Source: a virus
Length of the DNA: 64,000 nucleotides
Direction: 5' to 3' (one strand)
Virus record (IMG/VR): IMGVR_UViG_3300037235_000042
Coordinates: 1-64,000 of that record
Part shown: piece by piece, positions 63,380-64,000 of the stretch
How the letters are laid out: the number at the start of each line of letters is the position of its first letter
Numbering within the stretch: position 1 is the stretch's first letter
Made by a program: the position numbers and the translations under genes
Notes under the pieces: model-generated
Database searches by the model: none
What the model was told of the DNA's origin: nothing
What the model saw: the letters and a program-made list of their open reading frames with translations, nothing else

Positions 63380-64000
63380 CTAGCTCGTGACTCCAGTCAT
63401 GATGAATCCCAACCTCGGGGCCGTCACCACGATATCTCCGCCGTAGATATTCTGTCCCGCCATATCGATAGAGTTCGGCAGCTCCTTGAAGCCAGTAAAG
63501 CCGAACGCGAACAACGGATCCTCGGACACGTAAGCGTCGATATAGCTGGTGTTCATGCCGAAGATATCTCCGGACGGGCAGTATTGATCGACCACCACGG
63601 CCATTCCGTTAAACAGGAAGGATTTGAACCCGGCTCCCTGGAGGTCAGGGTCTTCCTTGAACGTGCGTTGCAGAGGAAGCATCTTGGCCCAAAAGGAGTT
63701 GTAGATCGTCTGGGTCGTGGCAATCAGGTCGGGCTGGTTAGGTCCGAAGGTCGCTTGACCGTAGGCAGTTTGCAGAGAATTCAAAGTGAACGGCCCGGCG
63801 AGATTGATGTAGTAGCCGTTGATGCCGTTCGACGCGCCCGTGCCCACGGCTGAACGGGTGACGCCGCCGTAGGACGCGTAGTTCGTGCCATCGTCGTAAC
63901 CAGCGAGGATACCGTCTAGCGCGATCTGACTAGACACCGTGCCTTGACCGTCGCGGTAGAAGTCCTGGATCAGCGCCTGCGCGAGGGATTGTTCCCCGTT
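63380..64000 (-). CDS. major capsid protein (3' part; 5' end outside the window)
   Basis: Frame open to the edge; YGGVTRS, PDLIATT..IY, QR, GFKSFLFNG..VVVDQYCP, typical HK97-fold C-terminal half. Confidence 0.82.
   Translation of the reverse strand, partial: NGEQSLAQALIQDFYRDGQGTVSSQIALDGILAGYDDGTNYASYGGVTRSAVGTGASNGINGYYINLAGPFTLNSLQTAYGQATFGPNQPDLIATTQTIYNSFWAKMLPLQRTFKEDPDLQGAGFKSFLFNGMAVVVDQYCPSGDIFGMNTSYIDAYVSEDPLFAFGFTGFKELPNSIDMAGQNIYGGDIVVTAPRLGFIMTGVTS

Noticed and set aside
1-64000. Prophage/integration signals, diversity-generating retroelement, base-modification gene cluster
   Set aside because: No integrase, reverse transcriptase, TR/VR pair or purZ/queuosine-type genes recognised here; they could lie outside the window

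Overview
64-kb segment of a tailed dsDNA bacteriophage genome (podovirus-like morphogenesis module; the host is possibly a soil diderm such as an acidobacterium, a weak inference). 1-15.3 kb (+): early/replication genes: AAA/Sak4-like ATPase, acyl carrier protein, Pif1-type helicase, RyR- and ASCH-domain proteins, a family-4 UDG::family-A DNA polymerase fusion with two inteins, and an HNH endonuclease. 15.3-25.5 kb (-): lysis-like genes and a large fibre. 25.6-33.4 kb: RNA-gene island with 32 hand-folded tRNA genes, a TROVE/vWA (Ro60-like) gene and several Y-RNA/tRNA hybrids. 34.5-64 kb (-): virion genes up to the 3' part of the major capsid gene. Two candidate systems stand out. (1) Three tRNA arrays split the 20 amino acids without overlap (Leu/Ser/Tyr; Asn/Met/Val/Ile/Lys/Arg; the other 11). 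Each array is preceded by an unannotated 23-33 aa leader ORF built mostly from codons of exactly that array's amino acids. Two leaders have a clear antiterminator/terminator pair, which suggests ribosome-stalling attenuators that switch on replacement tRNAs when the matching host tRNAs are depleted. (2) A Ro60-like operon carries one RNA module (YACN/RATCY internal loop plus a 9-bp helix) five times: grafted on tRNA bodies in three different topologies and once over the gene's own ribosome-binding site. All calls come from reading and folding the sequence by eye; no database searches were run, so novelty is unverified.
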